A stretch of 64,000 nt of DNA from Octopus sinensis (lineage: Eukaryota). The stretch is from positions 1,178,001 to 1,242,000 of the forward strand of contig NC_043011.1 of NCBI RefSeq assembly GCF_006345805.1, written 5' to 3'. Both the position numbers and the translations under genes were made by a program. The notes beneath the pieces were generated by a model, which searched no databases, was not told the DNA's origin, and worked only from the letters and a program-made list of their open reading frames with translations. Numbering within the stretch: the first letter of the stretch is position 1; each line of letters starts with the position of its first letter. Positions 1 through 14,100 of the stretch are shown one piece after another.

Positions 1-1229
1 TCAAAGGAGAATTCTTGCTTATAACCCCAGTATCTTTTGCTCAGCTACTAGAGGAAACCTACAGCATTGTTTTTGCCATTGAAAAATAATTGCAATTTTC
101 CAAGAGTGTGTTACTAGTAACTTGCAAAAGCTAGACATGCTTAAAACTCTTGCAAGCAAGCTTTGTGATTATGTACACCCACCCTCTAAAAGAGATTCAT
201 AGAAGTTAGTGTTTGAACAAATGCTCATTCATACTCACAATTGTCAGAAGCTGAGAACACTGACATTGTACATTCTTGGTTCTGAGTTCAAATACCTTCA
301 AAACAGATTCTCAAATGTCCAAGTCTATAGTTAAGTCCCAAGCATGTGTATTATTGAAAACTTAGAATTAGTCCCAAAGTGTTTAGCCATTTTCCCTGAA
401 AATATCACAGTTAACTGATTTGATCAACCAGTAGTTATATTGTTAATGGTTTGTTCCTTGTAGCTACCACTATTTTTTGTCCTTTGTTCAAGAAGGAAGT
501 ATTTGCTCATGACCTATTTACAGAGCCTCTAAAATTAGTGAGAAAGAAAGATAAAAAGGTATCTTTACATTACAACAGAGATCTTTTTACTTTGCATTTA
601 CCAGATACACAGCAATTCATTAAACTCTTCTGAGAGTTTTGTTTAAATAATTATAGAAGTAAGCCAGCACCAACCTTAATGTCTATATCTTGCTTGTTAT
701 TAAAAAGAAGCTTATGCTTAGCATGAAACATTAAAGGTAAGCAAGGTACCAGGTGGGAGTTAGCACTATCACTTTAGCACCTTGGATGCCTTCTGAAAAA
801 GTGGTAACAAATTAAGTCTACCACTCAAGAACTAGATAAAAATTCATAGCTATCACCATAAATTTAAAGAAAATTAATTTGTAGCTGTTTTAAATGAAAA
901 TTTGAAATTATAAAGAAAAATATTGAAGATAAATCATCTTCAATATTTTTCTTCAAAAGGAAATGTTTTATTTGATAATATTTGCATTTTGAGAAATTAC
1001 AAAGAATCTTATAAATTAACTCAACTGAGTCTGAGGGCTGAAGTCTGTTTTATATTTTCCATGACAGCATGAATAAGATGAATTTTATTTAAACAGTTGT
1101 CCTTTTTTACAAACTGATGACTTTTACACTAATGATTTCACAGAAATATATCTGAAAAATATTTGTCTTCATAGTTAAAATTATTCTTTAACATAAATTC
1201 CTTTTTAATAACAGTTGGTGGCATGTAAA

Positions 1230-1400
1230 AAGCACCCACTACACTCGCGGAGTGGTTGGCGTTAGGAAGGGCATCCAGCCGTAGAAACTCTGCCAAATCA
1301 GACTGGAGCCTGGAGCAGCCCCTGACTTCCCAGATCCCGGTTGAACCGTCCAACCCGTGCTAGCGCGGAAAACGGACGTTAAACGATGATGATGATGATA
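1230..1400 (+). mobile_element. Solo RTE 3' UTR/tail fragment
   Basis: Ends CCAACCCGTGCTAGCGCGGAAAACGGACGTTAAACGATGATGATG, the same tail as the RTE copies at 28461 and 38862. Confidence 0.8.
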
Positions 1401-1989
1401 TAGTCAATAAAATTAATGCTCACTTATTACTTGTAATTATTTTATAAACCCCCACACTAATTAAATGCATTGCTGTGTACTTGGGAAATATAAAGTAAAT
1501 AGGATTCTGTTGGCTTTGATTATAAATAGTAAGTTGTTTGATCAACTGAATTACTTGCTCATTGAATGTTCAGAATACCTGTAGCCTTAACTTAATTCTT
1601 AAGCAATTACCAGCAATGATAAAGTGTGTCAAGGATGGGCCTTTAAATTATAGGCATGATCTATCTTTCAGGCTTCCACATATTTCATCTTTACAATTTC
1701 ATATAAAAAACTTAAGTCAAATACACTTGTTAAATACACTTGCTTAAATTCCATACACTAGGATTGAACAGAGGACCTCATGAATGTGAAGTGAACCTTT
1801 AAAACCAATTGCCCATGCTACATTCAACCAAGAAAATATCAGCAGCTGTTTGCTGTAAACAGATTAGCTTAAGACCCTGCAGTTCACTTATAAAAGCAGC
1901 TGGGTTCTTAATGATTTACTTTTAGCTACAGTTTTCATTGATGTACTCCTTAAAGTCTTTTGTTACTCAGAGTCCCATGATCTCTGAGC

Positions 1990-2290
1990 CAGAACTTGTT
2001 GATCTCAGGGCTTTAAGCTGATAAAATATGAATTTCATCGATGCAAGTTTGTCAATATTGTAGTTGGTAGACTGAACCATTGAGAGTTAAGTTTTTTGAT
2101 CCTTGACTCGTTGCAGCACTGGTAATAGAAACTGATATTTTAACTGGTTGTACAGGGGCTTAGTATCTCACCCATTCACATTCTACAACTTGTAATACGA
2201 ATCTTAAACTGTAGAAAAGATAAGAGAAACTTAAGCATCTCCAATTTATTATACCTCACTTTGGAAGACCAACTAGCACTTTCACTGCAG
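1990..2290 (+). mobile_element. Possible very old LINE RT remnant
   Basis: With one frameshift it reads TG-VQG-LSISPIHILQLVIRIL, resembling the RT QG..SP motif; otherwise heavily decayed. Confidence 0.25.
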
Positions 2291-2454
2291 TAATGTTCCA
2301 AAAAAAAGTTCCAATTGGTACAAACTATTATTTTTATGTTTCATTGACAGCAAATAGAAATCAATCAATTAGTTTTAAATTGATCTCTTTACTTTATTGT
2401 CATTTAAATTTCTCAAACCAAACTTGTATTTGATAAGAATAAAATTGTATTTTC

Positions 2455-2868
2455 AGGAGTGGCTGTGTGGTAAGTAGCTTGCTAACCAACCACATAGTTC
2501 CGGGTTCAGTCCCACTGCGTGGCATCTTGGGCAAGTGTCTTCTGCTATAGCCCCGGGCCGACCAATGCCTTGTGAGTGGATTTGGTAGACGGAAACTGAA
2601 AGAAGCCTGTCGTATATATGTATATATATATAAGTGTGTGTGTATGTGTTTGTGTGTCTGTGTTTGTCCCCCTAGCATTGCTTGACAACCGATGCTGGTG
2701 TGTTTATGTCCCCGTCACTTAGCGGTTCGGCAAAAGAGACTGATAGAATAAGTACTGGGCTTACAAAAGAATAAGTCCTGGGGTCGATTTGCTCGACTAA
2801 AGGCGGTGCTCCAGCATGGTCGCAGTCAAATGACTGAAACAAGTAAAAGAGTAAAAGAGTAAAAGAGT
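2455..2868 (+). mobile_element. SINE family A (tRNA head, CORE-like segment, internal (TA)(TG) tract)
   Basis: GGCTGTGTGGTAAG..GGTTCAGTCCC head; CTTGGGCAAGTGTCTT CORE-like segment; GAGTAAAA tail repeats; many copies in the window. Confidence 0.9.
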
Positions 2869-3797
2869 ATGTTGAATTCAAATGTTGATTTTAGTTTCCT
2901 GATTTGACCTGTTATAATTGGTTATTTCTGTCTGAAAATACACATATAAATACATTGACATTCTAATTTGTACATGAGACATTTTTAATAGCATCAGCTA
3001 TCAAAAGTAATCTGCAAGTAATATAATCTTTTGATAAAACCCAAGTATTATCAATAGTTATAAGACATGATATTTTGAATTATGAAATGGGATTATAAGA
3101 TGGCAGAAATGGAGCCGTGTATGACTAAATATCTTACAACACTTAAAATCAGAGTTCAAATGTTTCCAATATTGACTAAGATTTACATTTCTTCTGAGTC
3201 AATAAAAACCTATAATATACTATGACTGCCATAACACTGCATCCTTTAAGGCCCTCATGCTTTCCGAAATCCACCGAAACTACACCTGATTATATATAGA
3301 CTTTAGATGAGTTGTAGTGCACCTGAGCACTGTACACAATTATTATTATTATTATTATTAAATGTCCATATCAATCCAACATCAATAAACTCTTAAGTGA
3401 GGCCTTGTGCCAGTTTTTGAAGAGAGTATGTTAAAAGAAACCAGTATTAGTATAGTCTAAAGGAATTATAAAATGCTTTTGAATATGTATTCCTTGTCAC
3501 TGGAGAATTTTAGAATATAACATGCTATGTCTATATACAACTTCAACAGAATTGGATAAATATGGTTAATGAAATTGCCTCCAGTCAAAGATTCTCAAAG
3601 AGATGATTTAGTGATATTTGTATATGAACCCATAAATAATTGTGAAGACTTTAGACTGCAGCACTGTGAAATCTGCAACAAATCTGTCAATTTTTAATCT
3701 CAATCTATTGATTCACAGATATCAGTAAGTGGATATATTGAATGAATAAGCTGATACTCTTCTCAAAGAGTTTGTGGAATCCGTGTAATGTAAATTA

Positions 3798-3801
3798 TCT
3801 G

Positions 3802-3854
<53 letters not shown>

Positions 3855-3873
3855 CTCTCTATCTCTCTCTATC

Positions 3874-3946
<73 letters not shown>

Positions 3947-4032
3947 CTATCCAACCATCCTCTCTCTCTCTATCTATCTATCTATCTATCTATCCTCTCT
4001 CTTTCCACACACACACATACGTACACACACAC
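3798..4032. repeat. Compound (CT)n/(CTAT)n/(CA)n microsatellite
   Basis: Direct reading. Confidence 0.95.
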
Positions 4033-4406
4033 ATTAAATTGCTAAGTAGTGGCCGCTAAAAGCCAACAATATATTCTCATTCTCAAATCAAAGAACAGTA
4101 CGAATGGACACATGGTTGAATAGCCAACACTAATGTCAAGTAGTGTTTATTTTATATGGACTACATAATTTGATATTACAGCATTATCAACACATATATT
4201 ATTCAGTTAGATAATCATTTATTTCTTTGTTACTAGTATGAACGACTCCACAACAAAATAATCCCTGTAGATAATGTCTGACTTAATGAAATGATCCTTT
4301 ACAGCACTTAATATTGTTATGTATAAATGATGTGTATTCTCAACATGTAATAAAATGTCAGTGTCCTCTGACTTTTATATCTTCCAAATTTCTTGAATTA
4401 ACAGTT

Positions 4407-4414
4407 ATATATAT

Positions 4415-4459
<45 letters not shown>

Positions 4460-4688
4460 ATGTGTGTGTATATGTTTGTGTGTCTGCGTTTGTCCCCCCC
4501 GCCAACATCGCTTGACAACCGATGCTGGTATGTTTACATCCCTGTAACTTAGTGGTTCGACAAAAGAGACTTATAGAATAAGTACTAGGCTTACAAAGAA
4601 TAAGTCCTGGGGTCGATTTGCTCGACTAAAGGTGGTGCTCCAGCATGGCTGCAGTCACATGACTGAAAGAAGTAAAAGAAAAAGAAAA
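4407..4688 (+). mobile_element. SINE A, 3' half
   Basis: Matches 2620-2860. Confidence 0.85.
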
Positions 4689-4905
4689 ATTAAATAAATT
4701 TCATCGTGATTACAATTGTTTCTTTAACATATTTATCTGCATTAAGTACTTGTAATGGAATACATAAACTAAACAAATAAAAAATACCCTTAGGGATTTT
4801 CTCTATTTTTTTCCTTTTTAAAACTGAATTTATATTTGCATTTTAAAAAGGATAAAGATTGCATAAAATGAAATATTTTCAACGTAGCTACCAATATTTT
4901 AATAT

Positions 4906-5091
4906 TGGTTTCAAATTTTGGTACAAGGCCAGCAATTTCGGAGGTTGGGGTAAGTCAGTTTCATCAATCCCCTGGAAGTATGAAAGGCAAAGTCAACCAC
5001 AGTGGAATTTGAACTCAGAACGTAAAGATGGATGAAATGTCACTAAGCATTTTACCCAGTGTGCTAACTTTACTGCCGCATTGCTGCCTTA
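4906..5091 (-). mobile_element. SINE family B (GACTTTGCCTTTCATCC core)
   Basis: GAAAGGCAAAGTCAAC..GAATTTGAACTCAG core with tail type 1. Confidence 0.8.
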
Positions 5092-6354
5092 TCAATATTT
5101 TAATATTGAGCATAAACTGAATATGCAAATAAAAACTGTGTTTGTATTTTTAAAATAAAATCAGAAACCAAAAACAGTCTTGATTTAATTTTGAGTCATA
5201 AATACCTCATTTTGGAAAGATAGAAGTTTATTTACATATCTACATAAATATTTCTTGTTATAATTTATTATAATTTAGTAAATTTATAAGCTACAGTAAA
5301 ATTTTAATTTTTGTTAAGAATTTTGATTGTTAAGTAAGTTTTGGAAAGAAAAAAATTAAGATATTTGGTGGTTGTCACCTCGAAGTAGGTATAACTGTAT
5401 TTTGTGTTTTCAGTTTTTAACCTTGCCTACATGTACTGAAGTATTGAAATAAATTATTTGAACATAAAATTAAAATAAAAGTTTGTTATATATGATTGGC
5501 AGAAAATAAGATGAAATTGCAACTTTATCTCCTAATCAGAATTTATTGTATATATTTGAATGCCTATATAATGATTGTATACAACTGAATATAATGCAAG
5601 TCCTACAATGGAACTTGAAAATGTATAAAACGAGTAATTCATTACTGTCCTACTCTATGTAGTTTATATCAGCTCATGACATTTCTGTTGTTGTGAGTGT
5701 AGTACTATACAGAAGAATTCACCATGCATATACAGACTATAGCTTTATAGAAATGCTCATTAAAATTTTCCTAGGGAAATTTACAAATTCTCCTTGACAC
5801 AAGTAAGCTATCTTCTCTGTGATTTATAATTGGGCCAGAGAGGTTGGTTGTATTGTGTACTTTTCCCAGAGAACATGACAAGCATGTAACTCATCATAAT
5901 TTACTATCATTGTAAATTCTCAAATGAAATGATTGCCTATGAATAAAGTAGTTATATTTTATAAATAATCTGTTATTATAAATATATAAATTAAAAAAAA
6001 ATCTAGAACAGAATATAACAGAATACTAGATTAGAACAGAGTAACATTATTTATCTATCACTCTTGATGGTAACATTAGGGTTACATTAATGCTGACTGA
6101 TGTCCTATGCATAACCCAGCTATGGTTCCTTCCAATCCTTCCATTCTCTAACTGACCACTCATTGAAACATAATAAATACAGAAGAAATGAAATAGTCTG
6201 GGGTTTTTTTTCAGGTCAGACCCTACAATTATATTAAGTCTAAACTGCTTTTTAATTAAATGTTTAACACTAAATATAAGCAATATAAGCAAGTTGTTTA
6301 TTCATAACAAGGGCAATGAGAAAATTGCTAACTTGTAACTCTATATTTTCGTAA

Positions 6355-7440
6355 TTCATTCATCTATCCATCTTCTCCACCCTCTATTCTTGAGAGGGTC
6401 AGGGGTGGGGTAGTGTCTTCAGGAAACTTCTCCATAAGGTCCTATTTGAATCATCTGATGTTAAACTTTTGGCAGTTTTGCCAAGCATGACTGAGAGTAT
6501 GGATATTATTCAACCATGTCATTTTGGACCTACCCTGTAGATCTCCTGTTGGTTGGCTTGGTTTGAAGAATTTGTTTTTCAATTCCTTCTTGTGACATTC
6601 TAATCACATGTCCATAGATCTTTAATGTGAAGAAGTAATGGCTTGACTTGGAGAGACTCCTTGATTTCTGAGCTATGCACCCTATCACGTAACATTACTC
6701 TAAAGATCCTTCGGAGGAACCCCATTTTGGCTACTTGTATTTGTAGTTGTACTTTTTTTGGTGGTAACCCAACTTCCATGGCTGAGGATAGGCATGAAAA
6801 CCAAGTTGAAGACAGCACATTTGGTTTTTCTATCAACCTCTCCTCTTCTGAGAATCGAACTCTGGAGCTGGTGCATTACTGTACCAGCAACTGCAGTTCT
6901 AGAATCCAGTTCAGTCTCCTGTCTTTCATCATATGTGAATATAACCCCAAGGTACTTAAACTTCTCAGTGATGTTTCTCTGAAATGCAGAGTGCAGTGGG
7001 AAGACTTTCTTCAGTGGGCTTGTGTCTGTTTTGGTAACACTGGTTCTTGTCCCTGCCTTTTAGCACTCAGCAACAAATCCATCCAATCCATGCTGGAGAT
7101 CACCTCCTCATGAGCTAAGTAGCACCATGTTGTCTGCAAATGTCAGCCAACTTATCTTACACCCACTAGTTGTGATACCATTTCCACACCTGTTGAGCAT
7201 GTCAATCCAGTTCATAAAAATTATGAAAAGGTGAGGTGACATTACACACACCTGCCCATCTACCTGGATGTAAATATCTGGACATTTATATAGAGACTTC
7301 ACAGCAAGCAGAAGTTGCCCATTAATCCTAAACTAATGTATAACCCTCCACAGCATGTCCTGCACCACACATTCATGTGCCTTTCCGAGGTCTATAAAGC
7401 AAGCATACAAATCTTAGCAATATTCCACAATTTCTTGAAG
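6355..7440 (-). mobile_element. 5'-truncated decayed RTE-clade LINE (RT C-terminal half and 3' tail)
   Basis: ORF fragments CVMSPHLFIIFMNWID..WLTFADNMVLL (RT motifs) and QVAKMGFLRRI..DRVHSSEIKESLQVKPLLLHI; GATG-type tail near 6360. Confidence 0.85.
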
Positions 7441-7544
7441 ACTTTGCCTTTCATCCTTTTGGGGTTGATTAAATAAGTACCAGTACCAGTTATACACTGG
7501 GGTCGATGTAATCGACTTAGTCCTTTCCTTAATCCTCATTATCA

Positions 7545-8256
7545 TCATTATTATTATTATTATTTATTTATTTTTTTGTATACACACAACAGATTAAACA
7601 GTTGAAATAGAAAAAAATCCTAAAATCGGGCTACAACAACCTTAGTAACCTTAGATTCCAAGAACCCTCCTAAGTATCCTAGCTGTCCTTAATAACACTG
7701 TTTCCTGGAGCTGTACTAAACTGGGTTTTATGTCTAGTTCTTCTATCCATCTGTTCAGATCTTTGGGGATAGTTTCCAATGCACCTATACCTACTGGGAT
7801 ACATTTTACCTGCACTTTCCATAGTCTCTGTAATTCAATAGCTAGGTCCTGGCACTTGGCTATTTTTTCTATACTTCTCATATTGATTTTTTCATCATTT
7901 GGGACTGTAAAGTCATTTATCTGATACTTTCTATTCTCTTTATCTACTACTACCAAATCAGGCCTTCTAGCTTCTATTACTCTATCAGTCTGAATGTTAA
8001 ATTCCCACATCTTGTATTTCTTACTTTCTAGTTGTTTACTAGGTTCATGTTTACACCATTTATCAGTATGGTCAAATCCTAGCTTTCTACACAGCTCCCA
8101 GTGGTTTGCTCTCCCTAGTTTGTCATGTCTTTTCTTGTATTCTTTCTGTGCCATGTAATGCTTTCTCTTCTGATTTGCATAATCTACATTGGGAACCTAC
8201 TTGGTTTGTATCCAATTAGTACTTAATGCTTGATTTTGAGCAGCTACTAACAAATT
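7545..8256 (-). mobile_element. 5'-truncated R4/Dong-like LINE with restriction-like endonuclease domain
   Basis: ORF 7651-8154 has the RHD motif (KRHDK), IQTDRVIEARRPDLVVVDK and EK..K.QDL.IE, ending ARILRRVLG; 3' end runs into (TAA)n. Confidence 0.85.
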
Positions 8257-8270
8257 CTTCTTCTTCTTCT

Positions 8271-8344
8271 TAGTAGTAGTAGTAGTTGTAGTAGTAGTAG
8301 TAGTAGTAGTAGTAGTTGTAGTAGTAGTAGTAGTAGTAGTAGTT

Positions 8345-8394
<50 letters not shown>
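8271..8394. repeat. (TAG)n microsatellite
   Basis: Direct reading. Confidence 0.95.
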
Positions 8395-8395
<1 letters not shown>

Positions 8396-8396
8396 T

Positions 8397-8608
8397 GTAA
8401 GGTGGTGAACTGGCAGACTCATTTGCATGCTGGGCAAAATGCTTTGTGGCATTTTGTCTGTCTGAGTTCAAAATTCCACTGAAGTTGACTTTGTCTTTTA
8501 TCCTTTCAGGGTTGATAAAATAAGCACCGGTTGAGCGTTGGGTCAATATAATCGACTTACTCTTCCTTCTCCTCCTAAAATTGCTGGCCTTGTACCAAAA
8601 TTTTGAAC
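8397..8608 (+). mobile_element. SINE B
   Basis: Head GGTGGTGAACTGGCAGA, core GACTTTGTCTTTTATCC, tail type 1. Confidence 0.8.
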
Positions 8609-9952
8609 CATTATTATTATTATTGTTATTATTATTGACTCTCATTGTTATTATTATTGACTCTCATAGTATAATGATGTTTGATTCTCCTTTCGAAACA
8701 TATTTTTCTCCAGCATTTCTTAATGAAATTTTCTTTGGAGTATTAGCTAAAAGGACTACTATTGCATAAGGGGGTGCTGTTCTTGATAGCCTAGAACAGT
8801 CAACAGAAAAATTGGTTTCTGAAGCACATTACAATTTCATGCTTAAAAGGGATAAACCACATAATTATGCTAGATGGCAAAACACTGCAATGGCTAAAAT
8901 AAATAAATAAATAAATGAATAAAATACAAAATCAAAAGCACAGAGCTAAATGTTTTTTACTGTATACTATTTTCTATTACTCATGTTTATATATAATCTC
9001 TGGCAGATTTTGAGTGGTGTGTTCTAAATGCACTTGGAATTTACTTTGTGTTCTTGTCTAGTCTAGCTAGTTTATTTAACATCCATTTGAGAATGTTCTA
9101 ACTGTAACCTATGGTTAGGACAGCTATTCCTATCAATAGCTGTTAGGACAGCTATTGATGCCTATTACTTTGTTTGCATTTAACACTTCTGATTTAAATA
9201 TTAATTGAATTCAAATACATTCCTTCCTTATCTTTCTTTTCATTTGTGTATGTATGTTCAACACTGTATAATTCATTGATTCTTAAGTATTTGCATGTCT
9301 GTGTTTGGTGTAATTCTCTTATGCAGCTCCTTTATCTATTATGATATTAGTATTCTTAAATTTCCTCTCTTTAATGTAATTTGGCTTGTTTTTCTTAGCT
9401 GAATTTCATATTGATTTCTTTGGTAAATTAATTTACTGTCTGCAGTAATATTTTTGCTTTATTATTTGCAACAGACAACTTGAGATCCTCCAAATTCAAA
9501 AGACTTACCTCGATCCAGAGGTGACATTAGGTGAAAGCGATTGAGAGCATGTCTGCATGCAGTGAATGACCAGGAGTTGTTATGCTCTTAGATAATAAGG
9601 CTTGCTGAGAACAGCTTTTTGAACATTCAATCCACTGGTGATCTCATCCAATCAGTCTGCAAGAATCAGACTTCTCATTTAACAGCAGGCACACCCATAT
9701 TTACTAAAGATTTGTACTGGTACTCTACTTGTTAACGTAGTTTGCTAAAGTGTGTTTAGAGAACATATAACTTCTATACATTCTTTGAGTCATAGGTAAG
9801 AGTTGCATACAAAGCAGAGACTAAAGGCTGATGGCATGTTTTCAAAGAAACATAACAAGTGCTTTCTACAGAGATCCTAGTCCAAACTGAATGCCTATAT
9901 ACAATGTAACATTACCTAAGCTAGTACTTGAAGACCATATTATTATATATAT

Positions 9953-10338
9953 GTCGGAGGCACAATGGCCCAGTGGTTAGGGCAGTGGACTCGCGGTCAT
10001 AGGATCGCGGTTTCGATTCCCAGACCAGGCGTTGTGAGTGTTTATTGAGCGAAAACACCTAAAGCTCCACGAGGCTCTGGCAGGGGTTGGTGGTGATCCC
10101 TGCTGTACTCTTTCACCACTCTTTCTCCCACTCTTACTTCCTGTTTCTGTTGTACCTGTATTTCAAAGGGCCGGCCTTGTCACTCTCTGTGTCACGCTGA
10201 ATATCCCCGAGAACTACGTTAAGGGTACACGTGTCTGTGGAGTGCTCAGCCACTTACACGTTAATTTCACGAGCAGGCTGTTCCATTGATTCGGATCAAC
10301 CGGAACCCTCGTCGTCGTAACCGACGGAGTGCTTCCAA
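9953..10338 (+). mobile_element. SINE family C (tRNA head), tail type C1
   Basis: A box TGGCCCAGTGG and B box GGTTTCGATTCCC; ~13-bp TSD ATTATATATATGT; near-identical copies at 51614 and 63113. Confidence 0.9.
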
Positions 10339-10701
10339 AAATTATATATATGTATATTTGACATCACAAATATGCAGTAAGATGAAGAATAGTCTTTTAT
10401 TTGTCTTAAGGTTATCAAATAACCAATTAAACATCTAAGGTAATGATAATCTCACTGGAAGCTGGGTCTGCTTCAAAAAGACTGAGCCTTGAAACTGAAT
10501 TGGTTATTGAGTTTTCTTTCCTCTTCCAGCAATTCTAAGTCATTTTTAGTTGCCCAGAGAGAAAAGAAAGGTGATAGACTGATCTTCTTTCTAACACATC
10601 CATTTGTCCACCTAAAGCATTGATTACTTACTCCAGCAGTTGTAATTGATTAATCCCAGGCCAACCCAAACTGGTGTACTTTCGAAATTCTTATGTCATT
10701 C

Positions 10702-11113
10702 GGATCTTTTCGGTTTGAAAGGCAGTTTTTAACATAATTTCTAGGTAACTAAAAAATTTGAAACTTCCTATACTGGTAGAATGTGTTTATAAAATATCTT
10801 TTTCTCTTGACTATATTAAGAAAATTCTATAGTTTGTAAAATATTTGTTGTTTTTTTCTTCAATTTCTGCAATTTCAACCTCAATGTCCATTGAGGTAAA
10901 AAAAACATTCTGTGCTGTATGAATATGTCCCTCGTTTAAGAAACAGATTGGGTTTATTTACATTTGTAAAGAAAAAAAGATACCCTTCCCCTCACCCCTA
11001 ACCCTAACCCTAAAACAGATTGAAATGCAATAGATCGATACTAGGGTAATAATTATGGGTGACAATTTCATATGACACTGATAGAAAAAACTGCCGTTCA
11101 AACGAAAAGATCC
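10702..11113. mobile_element. Merlin-like non-autonomous DNA element (412 bp) with internal (CCCTAA)3
   Basis: ~29-bp TIRs GGATCTTTTCGGTTTGAAAGGCAGTTTTT / AAAAAACTGCCGTTCAAACGAAAAGATCC; 8-bp TSD TGTCATTC/TGTTATTC. GG termini with 8-bp TSD fit Merlin. Confidence 0.65.
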
Positions 11114-14100
11114 TGTTATTCTAACTATGTGGAGATTTGACTGCTATTTGTAGCAAGGTGAACGACTCATATGGATGCTTTCATTCATATTAAAAGAACT
11201 CAGAAAGTGCAATGTGTGTAACATTTTCCTTCTGTCAATTGAAATCTAACCTCTTTTATCATCTTGATACAAAACATAAAATGTATTTTAATCTGAGTTT
11301 TCTGAGAATTTTATAATTTTGAAAAGAACAGAAAGAAAAAAATTTTGCATTAGTCAAAAATGTGATTATCAAAATAAAAAATTCCAAACACAATAAAAAT
11401 AAAGTCTTAACTGGAAATCCAGCAACCTGTTAAAGGTTATAGAAAATTTTAACTTTCATAAATTAACAGAAACTCTTGAGTTTGGATTAAATGTCTTATG
11501 GTAATGAAATTTTTTACAATACACTGTGAGGTCATAGCTTACTAAGAGCAACGCTGCCATTCATTTCTCAAGCATTGATAAAGTAAGGATTAATAAATTG
11601 AAGTCAATTCTGTTGACTCCTCTTCCTCTATAAATATTGGTTTAGTTGCCATAAAAATCCGACACAATCTTCTTTCGATGATCATGCTTTTGATTATGTA
11701 AATCTTGTTTCTTCAAATTAATAGCATTCAGAGAAAAGTGAAACTGAAACGAGTATTATGTTTTGCATTAATTTTAGATGACAAAAGAGATTAGATTGGT
11801 GTAGTGAGAGAGAAAATATAATACATTGCATTTTTACTGCATTCGGTATGCCTAGCTCAGTTAAACATTCCATGTGTTGTAAGTGGAAAAGTCTTTTTGA
11901 CTTTTTATATTATGAAAGAAAATATGAGATTAAAGATTATTTTTGTTTAAAGGCAAAATCTAGGTTTTAAAATTAAAATTCTTATGGATAGAAAAATTAA
12001 ACTTTCTCCACAAGAAACTATTTGTATATTATAACAATTTTGTGCTGTATATTCATAAAGCTTTAATTTTTTGCTTTTCTTAGAAGGAAATAGGGTAGCT
12101 ATTGCTTATATTATTTCATAATAATGAGTCAATAAGAGAACATATATAAAGTCATTATGCTAAAAATCGAGCCAGATCTCCCTCATATGTTATTAACTTA
12201 TAAAAGAACACATTGGATAATGTAGTCCAACTTATCCCAAGGTACACTATGCTTGATAAAAAGATGGGATAGTTATTGTTGCAACACTTTTCAATCTAGG
12301 ATTAAATAACAAATAGTAGTGGCAAAGGTGACATGAAGTTATTTTGGAGGAAACTATAAAACAAATTGAAACCCTGTTACTGCAAAAGCTTCCCATTTAA
12401 TTTAGTACTGAAGTAAAAATTGAAACATCAACATTTAAATTTAGACTGATAGCAGCCAAGTTGAAGCATTGATAGTTTATGTAAACTTAGACCTTACAGA
12501 ATGTGATCTATCACAAAAGTTGTGTGAGAGAAACATCTCTCTCTCAGTCAGAGGAGGATGGGGGCATCCATAAGTCTTTTTCAGTACCTCCATGTCTAGT
12601 AGTAGAAAGGAAGGAAATTACTCCCAAACCAGAGACCAGGTTTAAATGTTTGCAACAGTGATCTTAGTTCAAAACACTCAAGGGTCAGAAAGTATTTTTG
12701 GATATGTAACATTGTAAACATTGTGAAACTATTGCTGAAACAAATCTAGAAAACTTGTTATAAACCATATGCTTATTTTGTTTGTAAACGTTGTTGTTGG
12801 ATATCACCTGAAAGGAGAATTTGAAGCCTGTGTGTAAGCTGTGATGTTAGACGAAAATTAGAGAATCACCAAATAATTTATAAAAGTAATTAGTCACTAT
12901 AGTCAATTGTATGTATGTGTCTATGCATATGTGTTGGTGTGTGTGTGTGTGTGTCTTTGCATATGTGTATACATATGTGCATATGTGTATGCATATGTTT
13001 TTATGATATATATTTGCATATGTGTATACATATATACACACATCCATATAGTTTAACAGTCCAACGAGCTTTTAGTTCCTTTCTCTACTACAACAAAATA
13101 TGCTCATAAACTCAAAATTTGAGTCTTGCATATATTACTATGAAATACATCGAAGCCACCCTACTTTAGATGGCTACTAATTATTCATATAAATATAGGA
13201 CTGATATTCTACGATGTCCAAGTAAAAATATTAACTTACTAGCAGAGATACCTGGTGTTGTCCGTGTTACATGCAACTGAGGAATTAGACTTTTCTGTTA
13301 TATTCTCTGTAATGAACTGGAATATCTGTTTCGAATTTCATCAAAATTGCAGATGATGGTTATTTCCCTCCTTACACACCCCCAAAAAATTGTAATTGTG
13401 TCACATGTATCCCATACTACTGATTTTTATGCGCATATTCCAAAATTACAGTCTTATTGAACCTGTTAAAAAGATTTTGCTCCTGAAAAATGGAGGTCAT
13501 GGAGCTCTAAAATGTGAGAGTTAAGGCCTCTGTTGGGGGTGGGCATCTTAATGTCAACCAGAGAAGTTGAATTGTTGAGAATCTTTTTAACTTGGGTCTT
13601 ATATCTATTGTTTGAATTTCTATGTAATAGGAAATATATGTTCCCTGGATTTGTAAAAGAGAGCAAAGCTATGGAAACCAAAAGACGAATGATCACAATA
13701 AGCAGTCAGCTAGCCTACCCTAGTCGTTACCACTCCCAATGTAGGATTCCTCACCATCCAGGTGACAGGCACAGCTGTAAGATGCATTAGGAATCTATAG
13801 CAATTGGAAGGGTGTGACCTAACTGAAATAAGTATTAACAACTGTGTGACATGAGGGCTAAGGAGAAATGAAAGTGTCACCTCTGGAGTTTACAAATGAC
13901 CACTATACTGATACATAAGTGGACAGAATAAATTTACAATCTATAAATGTCTTTGAATAACCAGTCACTCATCTGGGAAGGCTTTGAAATCAATGTTACC
14001 ATCTGGGGACTATGTGTGACCCACTGATAATGAAAAGACTGAAAGCAGGTCTGCAATCAAATAAATTTACTCAACACTTTGCAACTGAATCAGTGGAGTC

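Noticed and set aside
1100-1160. CTGATGA...GAAATATATC hammerhead-like string
   Set aside because: No convincing stem II, and stem I needs a 2-nt bulge next to the core; expected by chance in AT-rich DNA.
3661-3696. HCEICNKS, a zinc-finger-like peptide
   Set aside because: A stop codon comes before the His pair; isolated.
9508-9656. Minus-strand segment with a good acceptor and AG/GTAAGT donor
   Set aside because: Stops in all three frames; could be a UTR exon but unsupported.
9953-10025. tRNA genes at SINE heads
   Set aside because: A and B boxes are present, but no acceptor stem closes and each continues into a SINE body with TSDs.
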